From the NCBI GenBank assembly GCA_043228905.1, contig JBHGNT010000017.1:6820001-6884000 (forward strand): a stretch of 64,000 nucleotides of DNA, read 5' to 3'. The notes under the pieces were generated by a model. The model worked only from the letters and a program-made list of their open reading frames with translations, was not told the DNA's origin and did not search any database. Made by a program: the position numbers and the translations under genes. Below, piece by piece: positions 24,301 to 37,760 of this stretch (position 1 is its first letter; the number at the start of each line of letters is the position of its first letter). This DNA comes from Azolla caroliniana (Eukaryota > Plantae > Polypodiophyta).

Positions 24301-27300
24301 ATAACTAAAATCATGTATAAAAAGGGGCGGCTGTGAAATCAAGAGGATATCATTGCTTAAGGCAATCAAACCTATCAAGATGTCAAGCTATTCTATTATT
24401 GTAAGCCTCTATTATTTTAATTGCAGGCTATCTACAATATAATAGAGAATTCTATATTTTTTCTAATTAATGGTTTAATTCCTATCGAATCAGAGTGGTC
24501 TTGACAGCATCTTTAGTGTGTAATTGGGCAACATGCTTGATGGATGCCAACTCTACCTTTTTGAATGTCTATCTGGCAAAGCAGGTATTGTTGAGCAGCC
24601 ATCATGTTTTGAGCTACCCAATTCAAAAAGCAAGTGTCAGCACTTGCCACTGATACACATATATCCACAAATGAACATGACAAGACGTAGCGGATCAGAT
24701 TGTTAAGTCTGCACCTATGATGGAGATCCTTGAAGAGGTCAATTAACCGAGCTCTGTGGAAGAGCATGTTATTGTGTCTAAGCTGGTGTATAATGGACAC
24801 CCAGACTTGAGATCTAGTCTATAGAACAAACAAGATCATAGGAACCTGGTTTGGCTGGGAAACTGAGTATAAGGTTGATGAATTTGTAGATAAATATAAC
24901 GCAAGACCTATAGTGAAGGGAATGTGTAAAAGACGGAACCATTTGATTTGATTGCAAGACATGGGATGATTTGAGCCGTGTTGGCAGTGTGTACAGTGCG
25001 GAATGGACTAATATACTAGATGGGTGTCAAGTATGCTTTTCTAAATGGATATTTCAAGGAGTTATTCGTAAAGCACTGACTGGGTTTTGAGCTACCCAAT
25101 TCAAAAGACAAGGATGGAAGTCTTATTCGGGCTAAAGCAAACATCAGCGCTCGGTATAAGAAAACTGACAATTCCTTACAATGAACAGATTTAGGATTTC
25201 TATGTCAAACATTAACTGAGTAGATATTGATCCTGGTGCCATATGTGGATGTCATGGACAACGTTGAAGTCACCCTGGATCAAGCAAAGGTTATGCTCTG
25301 TGTTCAAGATGACAGATGTGGGACTTTTGCCTATGGCTAAGGGGGTTGTATCTTAGGGATAGGGAAATATTTGTAGCTTAGACCACGTACATCTGCTTAA
25401 TTCTGAAGTCAGATATATTGTACCTTTTGTCTCTAAAAGATCTCTAGCATGGGTGATCCAGAATGGAGAGGTCTATGCAGCGAGGGAAGCATCTGCGGTG
25501 GTGGGAGATAATGGCCGTTATTTGTCAATGAAAAGGGTGGTGAGATTGTGGTTCATGAGGCGGGGGCCTACGTGCACGACAAATTGTACTTGCCCAATCT
25601 ACCCCTTTGCAATGTCATAGAGATGAGTTTGCGTGGCTGTGTTGTCCTTCAACAACTTCTCCTTGTGTCTATTGAGTTCTAGTAAGAAAAGTCCCGAACA
25701 CCATTGGTCCGCATATTCCATTAAGTTGCATAATGGACCAACTCCTTGCTTAAAGAGGCAATCATTCTTTTTCTCTTATTTCACAAAAAACAGTACAATA
25801 ACAAACATAGTGTTGTTCAGATTCCACTCCCTAGTGGCACAATTGGGAAATTCTTTCTTCTAGAAGTATTCGTGATATATGCCTACCTCAATCTCTAACT
25901 GATGTGACGAAATTCACAGCTGTCCTATCACATTGTGCGATGCATATCATAGATGTATGTCCTTATAAGAGGGTCTGATGATGAATCCATCCTCCAATGT
26001 GTGTAAAAAGTGTCTTATAGTGGGTCAACTTCCTATCAATAGATGTTGTGCAGCTGATCCATGTTATTTTGTTTTCCGATCTGATAATATTAGTTTGGAT
26101 CACTCTGTCCTTTTTCACTGGTCATGTTTAGATGGGGACAATCCAAGCTATATTGGAGTTGGGGTAGTGCATTTATGTTTATGCCATGTGACTTGAACCA
26201 CTGTTGGGTTTCAGCATACCAATAACGAATATCTCCATCTTCAGCAAGTTGTTTCGATAACAGAAGTGCCTTGAGTACCTTCGCGTAGGAAGCTCCCAAA
26301 GCTGTTGGATACTGATCAGTGATCGGAATAATGTCTCTCTAAATATTTCCAGTTATTTTCCTTGTTAAGACTTGGCCCCCAGGTTTCTGCTCCATAGAAT
26401 AGCCACACTTTAGTTTGTGGTTCTTGGAGTGTTGCAGATCAGCACAATATCATCAGCTTAGAGAGGATAGATGGATTTTATTATCTTCCTTGGAGGTCAA
26501 ATATGATCAATAGAACCAAGTGAAATATATTTACATAGTATGCGATTAGCTTATTGATTAGAGACTTGGAGTCTGTAGCTTGATTTTGAGAAAGAGAGGC
26601 GTGCTTAATAAGAGTTATTTTGGGAATTGAGGATCTTTGCAGCACCTCTGGATAGAGAACTTCATGCTGTATTTGAGCTAGCAAGTGATGCTGAATTACA
26701 TGAACTATCAAATATTTTATATGGCAAAAGGTATTTATCATCATTAATCATACTTTCGCTTGTCGATTCACTAGCAACGGTGAAAGATATTTACCATCTT
26801 TATCTACTGAATATGTTGCAGCTTGTTAAGTCCAATATTGAAGTCAGTAACAAAAGGAGATGGGTCTCTCGAGGGGACTGACCATGAGGATGAACAAAGA
26901 GAGGATCTGATAGAACGCTTGGAAATGAGATTCTTATATTTGGCAGCAAATTCTAAAGAAACTTTACGGTTAGCTCTTGCATAAATCTTGTGGCTTCAGT
27001 AATTTATTTTGTGAATCATGCCAATATTCATCTTTATTATAGGGGCTGGAGGCCTTCGTATCGAAATGTACTATTATGTGTTCGTTTAAAACTCAATGTC
27101 TGTTGCTCAACAAAACTTTCAACTGAAGATTTGGAAGCTGAGATATTCTTACACCTATTACAGCAAAGTACAAGGTGATTATTTCAGTAGTTTAATGAAA
27201 AATCTTTGTATTTAGAACGATTATATAAATTTCGTGTATACAATGAATGATTCCTGTAAGTCTTAGATTGAGTCAAGCTAACTTTTTTCTTTCTCTCCTT

Positions 27301-29434
27301 CATTTCGATAGATGTTTCTGTTTTCTTTCTTGTGCAAAGAGATGTTCTATTTTGTAAATCTTTCATTTTCATATTGAGTTTTTGATTATTTTACATTTTG
27401 GTTCTATGGCAATGATTGATTATCAAACTTGTTCTTGTAGGGGATCACAGCAACCTACTTGGAACCATCAATTTCCTATTAATTCACCAAATGTAGATCA
27501 TTTGACACAAAACTCCAGAATTTGGCCTTTTGTTCTCAAACTGGGAGGTGGGGAGATGTTAAAGATCCTTTTGAAGGTGGGTTATGCACCAAGGATTCAT
27601 GTCTATGCCAACATTATTTTCTAATTAATATCATTTTTTATGTGTACTGTAAATAAATTCTCCTTTTCATTCTTCCGTTTTTGTATGGTGGGGCTTTCTA
27701 TAATTGGTGGTCCATGTTATTTTTTAACAGTTCTCGTTCTTATTGATTTTTAGGGAGGAGGTGCTGTCACCATTTCTTTTCTCCAAAAGATGGTCAGAAT
27801 ATGCAAGTATTATTGTTTTCATCTACCCATGTCCCTTTTCTGCACAGCAATTATGTAATCAAAAGATAATTGTTTTTAACTGTCTGCAAAACATTTTGCT
27901 TTTTTATTGACTATGGCTTACAGGTGGCAAGAAGACTTTGTGCAAAAATTCTTGTTGAATCGACCCGGTACCAGTTGGCAAAAGAAGTCTTGAAGAAGGC
28001 ACTATGTTCATTATAGACGTTTAGTTAGTCAACTTCATCTTCTAGTTTCTTTGACTATATTAACATCCAAGTTGTTTGGTGATGTCTAGGGTGGACAAGT
28101 TGCTGCCTTAAACTTGCAAACTCGGATCGCAGCACTTGGGGCAAGACAGGTAGTACTCAGTCATATATTCAATGATATATTATACATTTAGGTTCATATT
28201 GAATTATGATTCATTTTGTTCATATTATGAACATGTATGTATATCGCTGAGCATTTTAATTTTATCATAGGGGCTTCTTAGGGTTGCTTCATGCTATGCT
28301 ACTGTGCGCACTACGTCATTGCTGCTTGGCCCATTGTAAGTGCTATAAATATCCAGAAAGTTATATTAGAAGTTCCTTTCTGTGATTTGTGAAGATTTTG
28401 TCTTTTGGTATGAGTTAGTGTAGTTTGCCATTCTCAAGGTTTTAAAAATCTATTTCGTTTTGGAAAATGCAAAAAGTCCTTTGTTATAAAAACAAGAAAT
28501 CTAAAGCACATAATGCATAGTTCATTCTTAAACCATTTGATGAAACTATTAAACATTAGAATCTAGATGTTATCTTTTTACATGCATAATGTGGGAACAT
28601 ACTGCTGGTTGTTTACTATGGGAGTGTATTGTGTTTCAAAAATCAGATTATTGAAATCTTTTATTACCTTCAAAGATTCAAAGCATGGAAGATTGGATAT
28701 ATATATATATTTATGGATAAAATAATTGTGTTAGCTTCAAATATATCTGACAAAACATTTCCTGCTTTTGGATGAACGGGCATGTTCCTGGTTGCTACAC
28801 CTTATTCATGTATTTATTTTTATTCAGCAAAGTTTTAAGTGAAAAGAAATACTTTTTTTTTCTAGGTTGAAGGTGAAGATAATTAAAGTTTTTGTTTTGA
28901 CAAAGATGATGTAAATTCTCTGTGAAATTTGGAATGGATAAATTGTATTAGAACAAAAGGAACTATGTGACTTAAAACATGCCTTGTTTTGAGATATAAT
29001 ATTTTGCAGAGTGTGGGGAACTCTCCTTGCTGATGTTGTTATCAAGTCTGTGGGTACAGATTATGCTCGAATCATTCAAGCAATTTATGCATTTGCTCAG
29101 GTAAGCATACAAGCAAGGTTATGAATTATATAAATTAGAAAGTCCCAAGCTAGAGTTAAGGATTTTAAACGTTTTGCTTTAGAACTTGTGATTATAAAAT
29201 TTAGACTGTATACTAAATCTTCCACGATAAAACAAGTTCTTGGTATACGAATAAAAAATATAATGTAAACTATTTCCTTCTGTTAAATCCTTTGATGAAA
29301 AGTAGTTAAGGATTTAAAAATAGTGTTATATGTCTTAAGGTTTTATATAAAGTCACTGATACAATGTTTGTTAATAGATACGCTTGCTTCGCACCTATGG
29401 ATGGACATATACACAGCAAGCTCTCTCAAACTGA
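18358..29434 (+). CDS. Spliced host gene: conserved uncharacterised plant protein resembling Arabidopsis At1g73470 and the cyanobacterial YaaW-like family, with a putative chloroplast transit peptide
   Basis: Predicted exons: 18358-18520, [26438-26495 uncertain], ~26643-26730, 26822-26968, 27043-27174, 27441-27576, 27754-27792, 27924-27998, 28090-28149, 28271-28335, 29010-29100, 29378-29434 (TGA). From 26643 onward the exons join in frame. Peptides: ELHAVFELASDAELHELSNILYG, RFLYLAANSKETLRGWRPSYRNVLL, STEDLEAEIFLHLL, WGTLLADVVIKSVGTDYARIIQAIYAFAQIRL. Exon 1 is Ser/Arg-rich and acid-poor. The family assignment is from memory of these motifs. Confidence 0.85.
20479..22742 (-). mobile_element. 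Truncated Gypsy chromovirus (integrase, chromodomain, PPT, 3' LTR 20479-20935) capped by an inverted 102-bp copy of its own LTR 3' end (22641-22742)
   Basis: WESISMDFI, IVSDRDPKFTS, HPQSDGQTERVNQ, FCGPF, PERILDVK...ATWE. PPT at 20936-20949. Flanks CTCAC (20474-20478) / CCCAC (22743-22747). Confidence 0.85.
21942..22607. repeat. 333-bp direct tandem duplication within the integrase pseudogene
   Basis: 21942-22274 and 22275-22607 are nearly identical (duplicated ORFs MRPDIHSYVTKCHRCQ). Confidence 0.92.
22674..23684. repeat. ~505-bp direct tandem duplication spanning TE junctions
   Basis: 22674-23178 versus 23179-23684. Duplicated ORFs in the track are offset by 505-506 bp. Confidence 0.92.
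23700..25400 (+). pseudogene. Highly degenerate Copia RT relic in intron 1, with internal repeats
   Basis: Fragments resembling DVKxAFLNG (GTCAAGTATGCTTTTCTAAATGG, ~25026) and VEQPxxF. TTTTGAGCTACCCAATTCAAAA occurs at ~24607 and ~25085. Confidence 0.5.
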
Positions 29435-31366
29435 CATTTATTCAACTTTCTAGTACTAGACACATTGGTTAATTTTAATTATTATCCATTGTATATTATT
29501 TTACCTGTTTTTTTAATTTATATGTCGATAGATTTAGGAAACCAGCCTTTGTATCTTCCTTAAGGCAATGATAATCTGTATATTCGTTCCACTAATGCTT
29601 TCTATCTCACTTCTAATTTGTTTTTCAATGGTTTTGACAAGAAATATAAACTCGAAGCGCAATTTGAATGTATGGATGTTAAACTAGTTAGACTAGCAAA
29701 TTCATATAACTATCTTAGCCAATAAATACAGTAGGCAACAAAAAAGTCAAGTAATTTTTTCTCCTTTAAATAAGATGATTTTAGAAGTTGATACCTTTGA
29801 AAGGAAGTTTAGAAAAGAAAATAATGAAGACTCATATGTTCATGCATTTATAGATGACCAAACCAAATGATGAAACTTGGAAAGAATGCATATGAATGCT
29901 CAATCAACACATATATTGATTCTTAAGCGGATCTCTTCACAAGGATGCATGTATTCAATAATGATCTCATTTCTATTTGGATTATGGAGGATAAGAAAGA
30001 GCCTTGAAGCAGTGAAAGATGTGGAAGCAGCAATACATTTTGATCTATATGTAGAGTCATCAAAGCATTCATTTCTTGAATCTTGAAATTTAGTTCCATT
30101 TGGTTACATGTATGAGGAACCATATTCTGTAGACTCTTCTATACATTGGTTTTGCTAATATGTAACCTCCAATTGAGCTCCCCTTATTCAAGCAATTCAT
30201 AAAATTTGCTATGGCTAATAACACTATAATTCCACTAGCCTCACAACTTTGGATGAGGAATACGTACTTTTCTTACATTTACTTTTCTATGCTATAGGTG
30301 CATCTATTTATCACAAAAATTATAAAGAATCTCAAGAACACAAGGGACACCAAGCTCAACAAATCATACCAAAAAGGGGATAGAGTAAACCCAACTAGAA
30401 AGCAATGTAGCTAATGGGCAACCTAGTATAAAAGGAATCCACTAACCTTGTAAGCTGTAAAAGCTACCTTTTGGTGACTGGTGACTTTTTTAGCTCTTCT
30501 CCAATCTTGGGTTTTCTCCCTTTCACTTAGTGATTTAGAGCTTTCACTTTAACCCCATAATATTCTATTAGAGCTAAGATTGATTAGGGTTACGAGCTAG
30601 TTAAGCTAAACTGTAATCTCTTTGCTCTTGTATTGTGCAAAACCACTTTAATAGTAAGAAGTATTGTATTTCATCCTTGTCTCTTGTTTGTATGTACATC
30701 TACTTCTATTACAAGAGAGCACAAACTGTGGGAGAGAGTAAGTATAAATACTAATCACTAAGGTTAAGTAAGCAAGTAGCTCAAGGGCGCCTGACAACCA
30801 CCTTTGCTCGGTCCCCTATAAATAGGGTATACATTGATCTTGATCCTCGGCCCAATGATATTGAGAAGTGGCACAACTCTATCGATTCATAGATGTGTTC
30901 CAATGTGGTGCACATCGATCCTACACACCTATGTGGCACCATTTCTGGGGATACGACCGACTCTAGAAGCTATCGACGAGCTTCTCGTAAGCTCATGAAG
31001 CAAGCCTTACTAATATCGAACGATATCATGAAGGTGAAGCACATTTCTATTTTGTTGTGTTCATTAAGTTAAGTTTTTTAATCACCATTAGCATTTTCTG
31101 TTCAACTCTGTTCAACTTTGTTGTGTTCATTAAGTTAAGTTTTTTAATCACCATTGGCATTTTTAATCACCATTAGCACAAAAAAGAAAAGAAAAGGAAA
31201 AACATTTGCATCCTCAACTTTGTTCACATCATCGCTTCATTTGCGTCATCATGTCATTCGCATTGTCGCGAAGTTACGTGCATACGTGTGCTACTCGAGC
31301 AGGACCACGAGGATCTTAGACAAGGGAGGACACAAGGACTAGGAGGGTGCGAACATTAAGTAACTT

Positions 31367-31502
31367 GAAAGCTCTTGGGAGTCAAAAGCTCTTCAGACTC
31401 GAAGGTTTGTTAGAGTCGAAGGCTCATTAGACTCAAAGCCTTGTCAGAGTTGAAGGGTCCTCGAACTCAAAAACTTATCAAATTTGAAGGTTCCTCAGAG
31501 TC
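31367..31502. repeat. 17-bp degenerate minisatellite x8
   Basis: GAAAGCTCTTGGGAGTC, AAAAGCTCTTCAGACTC, GAAGGTTTGTTAGAGTC, GAAGGCTCATTAGACTC and so on. Confidence 0.8.
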
Positions 31503-31635
31503 AGAGGGAGCGACGAGTTGAACAATGATTACAAAAGGTCTTTATTACACGCTCTAAGGTTGTAATTAAAATCCAAAAAATCCCTCACAATCGTCATGAT
31601 GAAGGCTTCATGTAGATATTAAAACAAGGGGTTAC

Positions 31636-31639
<4 letters not shown>

Positions 31640-31708
<69 letters not shown>
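31640..31708. repeat. (AT)n microsatellite
   Basis: About 34 uninterrupted AT units. Confidence 0.97.
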
Positions 31709-31714
<6 letters not shown>

Positions 31715-31750
31715 TTTTTGTAAGCATTAGTGAGTTTATGAGGGTGTAAG

Positions 31751-32209
31751 TAACAATTGGAAATGGTTCGGTTCAGTTCAAGAGTGGTCAAACCGAACTG
31801 TTTAAAAATTTGGAAACCTGCACCGAACCAAACCAAACCACGAAAACGTTAAGTTGAACCCTTAGGTCAAAATCCAACCCGTTAAAACTGTGGTTTCGTG
31901 GTTCGATTTCGGTTTTCAACTTGGGTGAAAATTCAAAATTCAAAATTTTTCATTATTTAAAATTTTAAAGATTTTTCCTAAAATGTGAAAATTAGGCTTA
32001 AAAATGAAAAGGTTGTTTAAAAGAAAAATGATTATTATTTTAAAAAAAATTAAAAAACCATCAAACTGTTAAAACCAAACCAAACCGTTCACTCCCCAAA
32101 CCGAAACCAAATTGTTTAAAAAAAATTGAATTTGAATCGAATCATTTAAACAATTAAGCCGCGGGTTCGTGGTTTGGTTCAATTCAAACCGAACCGTTGC
32201 CGATTGTTA
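31751..32209. mobile_element. hAT-type MITE (459 bp)
   Basis: TIRs TAACAATTGGAAATGGTTCGG / CCGAACCGTTGCCGATTGTTA. Perfect 8-bp TSD GGTGTAAG (31743-31750 / 32210-32217). Subterminal AACCG/CGGTT motifs and an AT-rich core. Confidence 0.9.
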
Positions 32210-32244
32210 GGTGTAAGTACAATGAGAACCTCTCTCAGCTCCGT

Positions 32245-32560
32245 TACATGGTGTGAACAAGTGATAGAATAAAGAAAAAAAAGGTAGGAATAAACGGTGA
32301 AGATAAGTTCACAAGTAGAACTTTAGGAGAACATCCTCAAGATTTGGTACAACAACTCAACGAATGAATGCGATGTTGCCTTTTGTCATTGTTGATCTCG
32401 CACACCCTCTTGATTCACAACCTTATCCTTCTCTTCGGAATTCGGTAGTATTTTTGTGTTTGTCATCCCCCGCCCCCCTGCCCGACCCAAACAATGAGCT
32501 CTCTTCACCCTTTTATAGGTTTTGGGTTACTCCCTCTTAAACAAAAAAAGTGGATGTTTT
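32245..32560 (-). repeat. Dispersed LTR-like repeat, related to 62025-62330
   Basis: Colinear shared blocks GAAGATAAGTTC, CTCAACGA, CCCTCTTGATTC and CAATGAG..CTC...TTTTATA at both loci. Confidence 0.55.
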
Positions 32561-35500
32561 CTATATTTACATGCACCACGATTTTTTTTACTTGCATGCT
32601 TCACCTTTTCCTTTGGCGCCTGATGCTTGCAAAAGAGTAACCATAATGCCATTCATTTATCCAGTTGATCTCCTATAGTCCAAGTAGGACTCCCACTCAC
32701 AATATGTCTTTCCTACCAGACCTCGATCTATCATCCAACTTTTTTTATGCCTAGTATAACTTGATTCGTCATATGCATTTCCCATACCACAACATTGTCC
32801 TCACTCCATTGGTATCCTCAAAGATATAAAAAAAGTTTACGTCCTCAAAAATAAGTAAATCATGTTCACATTGTCCTCTAAGTTTGTGTCCTCCTCTTCA
32901 TTTGAGTCCCCCCTTTCATTCGCGTACTCACTTCCATTCGCATCCTAACCTCCATTTGCCTCAAAAAGAAAAAGAAAACTAACAGTTTGTGTTCTCCTCT
33001 ACATTTGCGTCCTAAAAATAAAGAAGATTCGCGTCCTCCCTTGCATTAGCGCCCTCGCTTCATTAGTGTCCTCTACATTTGCCTCCTCGCCTCTGTTCAC
33101 ATCCTCACCTCCATTCATGTCCTCCAAAAAACTTAATACAAAAATGGTTGAAAATAACCAACACTCTTCGAATCTATTTAAATTCAACGCCACACCAACA
33201 ATAGAGACAACCCAGGAAAACACAAATGTTGAGGCCAACACATCAATCTTGCTAAGTATTATAGAGGGTGGTTGATACAAGAGTAGTCCCAAACATGAAT
33301 GTTAACAACACTTGGTCAACACACCCCACGAGGTCACTCCGTAGCAATGGGGTAACACAATGGATTGACATAGCTTGACCATCAATATTAAGAAACAACA
33401 CAAGAACTCCGACCCATAGAGGAAGAAATAGTCATGGATAACACAACTAACAAAAGACGACCAAACACCATCAATTTTGCACAACATAAAGGCGATGCAT
33501 TTTGAAAAAAAGACCACATATGTGAAGTTACAATGATGATTGACTCACACTCATAGACACCACCATACAAAACCAACAAGAGTGTCCCTCTTCTCAACAG
33601 GAACATGGATCAAAGTTGAACCCCCTTGATGTGAATAAGGTCAGAAACAACAAAAGAAAAATGATTGAAAAACAGAGACACAAGATTTTTTAAGTGGAAA
33701 CCCTAAAACAGGAAAAACTACGAGACCTCTAGGATACCAGAACTTCACAAAAGTGGTCGCATTTGGGCTCAAGCTAAACAATCAAGTAGCCATATGGTTT
33801 TGCACCCTTGCCAAAGACCTCATGACCAATTTTGATTATGTCGAGTATTTCGTCATAAATGTTTCTCGGTGATGGAACGAATGGAACCTTATTGACCAAT
33901 TGTTCTCGCTCAAACAAGAGGCATAAGAAACAGTTAAAGATTACATTCACCGCAACAAGAGTCTACATAGTAGGTGCAACATTGGTGACATAATGTTTGA
34001 TGACAAACTCGTGAGTTGCTTCACCTATGGGCTTTTGAACGAACTCTACAAAACTTCGTAATCGCTCGGATGTACAGATCATTCATAAAAGCATATTCAT
34101 TGGTGATGATATTTGAGGATTCTATGACAGGTCTCTAAGTGCCAACACAAGCACTGATGAAGAAACGTGAAAATCCTACCGAACACCCACAAAACCCAAC
34201 ACCAAGACCCTAGAGTGGAAAGATCCCAAGTATACACAATGAGCGAAAACATTCGTTGTCCAACATGTCAAGGATATTACTAGACATGAATGTAAACTCT
34301 TAGACGAGTTGTTCTCCCATTACTGTAAATAGTGCAAAGCTTTCGTGATGCATTCAGACAAACTTTGCTAACAAGCACTGGATGGGAGGTTTGGACAAGT
34401 ACTTGTCGTACAACATCCTTAACCACTGCCAAGATCAACTTGTCCGACTCTACCCACCATCCTATCACAACAACCCCCGCTCCCTCGAATCTGAACGAGA
34501 CTAACAAGATAAAGATGAAACACCACATGCTGGGTGGAGTACATCCCAATACAACTACAAGAGCCAAGATCAATGCAATGACTATGAGGCTGATGAGGAG
34601 GTCCTATCTCACTTCATAGATTATGAAGGTGATCAAATATTGGTCTATGGACTCTTACAAAGTGAACAAGGAGCCCCATGGGAATCGAGGCAGACCAAGA
34701 CGACATGACCTCTAATACTTCAATTGCCAAGGGTCTCCTATGGCTAGTCATTGGCCAACGAAACACAAATACTACAACCATATGAGACATCACACATGAT
34801 ATAATTACAACGAAGTGTTGGTGATGAAGATCGTCTGTATGCGGAAACAAGAACAACACTAGAATTTGAAGAACAACAAGTTGATGACAGAAGTAAGCAA
34901 GATGATCAGATTATCAAATAGAAGGCAACTTGAAAAAGATCAAGATCCCAAGGCCCTCAACAACCTTCTCCTTGCCCTTACGGAATTTGTGTCCCTCTAC
35001 TTGTCGGCTCCTCCTCATTGGCGTCAACGTCGGCTGCCTCCTTATCCATTCATGCTTATCTAGAATATTTACATGGGATGAAGTTTTTGTATAACCGGTG
35101 ACAGAACTATGCGTTGTGCGATCTGCCCATAGTGCATATGGAAGCATCTGTGCCCAATTCTTCACCCTTCCGTCACATGCTTTTGCGAGTGCTTTTATGA
35201 TTGGACTATGTTCTCATTCGATCTTCCCATTTGCTTCTGGATTGTATGCCGTGGTTAGTGTCAACCGAGCTCCATGTTTGGCAAAGAATTCCCTGGCCTT
35301 ATCGGAGTTCAGTTCACCTCAATCCGCAATCACTTGTCCTACACACCCGTACTTGCAGAACACTTCTTCCAAGAGAAATTGGCATATCACATAACATGTT
35401 TTCCTCTGTAGCGCCCAACCTTCTACTTGGTTCGTCAGATCTTCCCGAGCTAATACCAAGTACTTCTTTTGTCCGATCCCGGTTGGCATGGCCACAATGT

Positions 35501-37760
35501 CGACCATCCATTTAAAGTTGATTGTCCATGAGAATGTCGAATGTAATTCTTCTGGATGTTGAACTCCAGAGTAGATTTGATATTTCTCAAAGCTTTCGGT
35601 GAACTCCGCTACATCCTTGTACATATTCTTCCATTGATATTTTTGCTTTATCTTTGCAAATGTTGCCCATGTTCCCCAATGTCCAACCCAATCAGATTTG
35701 TGAAATTTGGATATTACTTGTTTTTGTTGTTCCTTTGTGCCAATTACCTGGAGTGGTATACCATTCGGCCTTTTCGGCTCCCTCCAAATTAATCCATTGT
35801 TCAAGAAGAGCTTCCGAACTTGCCGTTTCTACCTTCGGATCTCGGCTCTCTTTTCTTTATTGTCCGATGATTCCTCGATTTCTTGTAGCACTTTCCCGAT
35901 TAGTAAACTTTGTCCCTCGTATTCGTCTTCGCGGAACTCCTGAATTATGTTCACCCGGCATATGTGTGCCGAAGTAAAGTAATCTTCAGAAACTTCTTCA
36001 TTATCCGATTCGACTATGTCATCTTCAAACTGGGCCCTTGATAACATATCCGCTACTGCGTTGTCTTTTCCCGAGATGTGTCGAACCTCCAGATTAAGTG
36101 ACTTTACATATGCAATCCATCCTAGCATAGCCACATCCGGTACCATGCAACATCGCATCATCCTGAGTATTGGAAGACAATCCGTTTCAATCACTACTTC
36201 GGCTCCGATAAAATAATCTCGACATGACTCCCCATAGTTCTCTTTTAACTTTTGCATATCCATGTTGCCTTTCGTTGAAAACCTTTGGTCCGAATCGAAT
36301 TGGGTATCGTGAACCATCTAAGTCGACTTGGTTGATGACCCACCCGATCCCGGTTGAACTTGTATCAACCGTTACTATGACGGTCGGTCATAGTTCGGCT
36401 TCATAAGTGCGTCTGACCTCCGTAGTGTTTTCTTGAGCTTCCTCATGGCTTTAGTATGTTCCGGTCTCCATTCGAACTTCTTACCCTTCCTCAACAAGTG
36501 ATAGAGTGGTTCTGCAATGTGTGCATAGTGAGGAATCTATATGTGATAAAATGCACATGCACCAAGAAACCTTCGAACTTTGGATTGTGACTCATATATT
36601 TCTTTCATAGCTTGAATCACATTGATCTTGACTGTTGATGGTCTTCGGCCGTAGGGCCCACATAGATGTCCGACTACCAATATCTCTTCTTGTCCGAATG
36701 TCGATTTCTCTTCTAACTTCTGTAGCACTTTCTCACAATCACGAATATGGTCGACTACGAACTTTCGACATCCCTGATCATGTATATTCTCATCTTTTTC
36801 TTCCACTACATGTCCTTTCATCGGAATGTCATCTAGGAACGACATTGTTATCTCCAGAATGCAGTCCCGAAGCACCTTGTTCATTGCATTCATCATATGT
36901 GCAACCGAGTTCGTTGCCCCTTGTGGTAGCGTACACATCCAAACTAACCCTATCAGTGTCGCATTGTAGTGATATTCTAGGTATCCACGAGTCACTAGTT
37001 GGAATTGGTCATACCTAGAGTATAGCTCTCCGATGGAGTATATCGCACTCTTGGCAAAAACTTTTGCAAAATCATCCACTATCGGACCGACTCCGGAGTT
37101 CCGGATCGTGATCTTGTTCACCGGTTGCAAATCTTGAATAAACCGGAGTGTCCCATTCTTCTTTGGAACCGTAAACCATCAATTTGAGTACAAAGTGTTT
37201 GATGGCTCTAGAATCCCCATCGCCACCTTCTCCTTGAGCAAGTCAATGATTTTCGGAATATGCTCCAGTGGTGTCGGAATCAATTTCAAGTTCCACGACA
37301 CATGTTCAATCGTGATGATCACCATCGGCTCCACTATCTTCAGATCAACGCACCCTATCTCTCTTGATATGAATGCAAATGCTTTTCCATGCTACTCCAA
37401 CATCTCATGAAATCATTCTTCTTCATTTGGTAAGAGGAACCCATCTCCACCAATCCGAAGTTTCTTCCGGGTCTCATTCATGAAGGTACGTCCGATATCC
37501 ACAAACCTTCAAAGTGTCGGATCTCTCGAGACTTCTTTCCTCTTTTGTTCACTATTAGAGGGTAATGGTCCTGCAAACGATTTCACCTTCTTTTCCATGG
37601 TCTTATATCTCGTACATTCCATTGCTTCTTCTTTGTGGAGCACATCTAGCCCTATTTCCGCAATGATCTTGTACATCTCGACCGATGCCACCGGAACTAT
37701 CCGATCTCCTTGGCTATTCTCTTCCAAAAGTTCTTCAAGTCATTGTAGCATCCTTCTCTA

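Noticed and set aside
30400-31350. LTR-like segment with a TATA box downstream of the gene
   Set aside because: No convincing TG...CA pair with a TSD was identified.
32800-35040. Possible gag relic (CPTCQGY knuckle-like at ~34255) and LTR-like motif at ~33690
   Set aside because: Too degenerate to assign boundaries or family without alignment; probably old TE debris.
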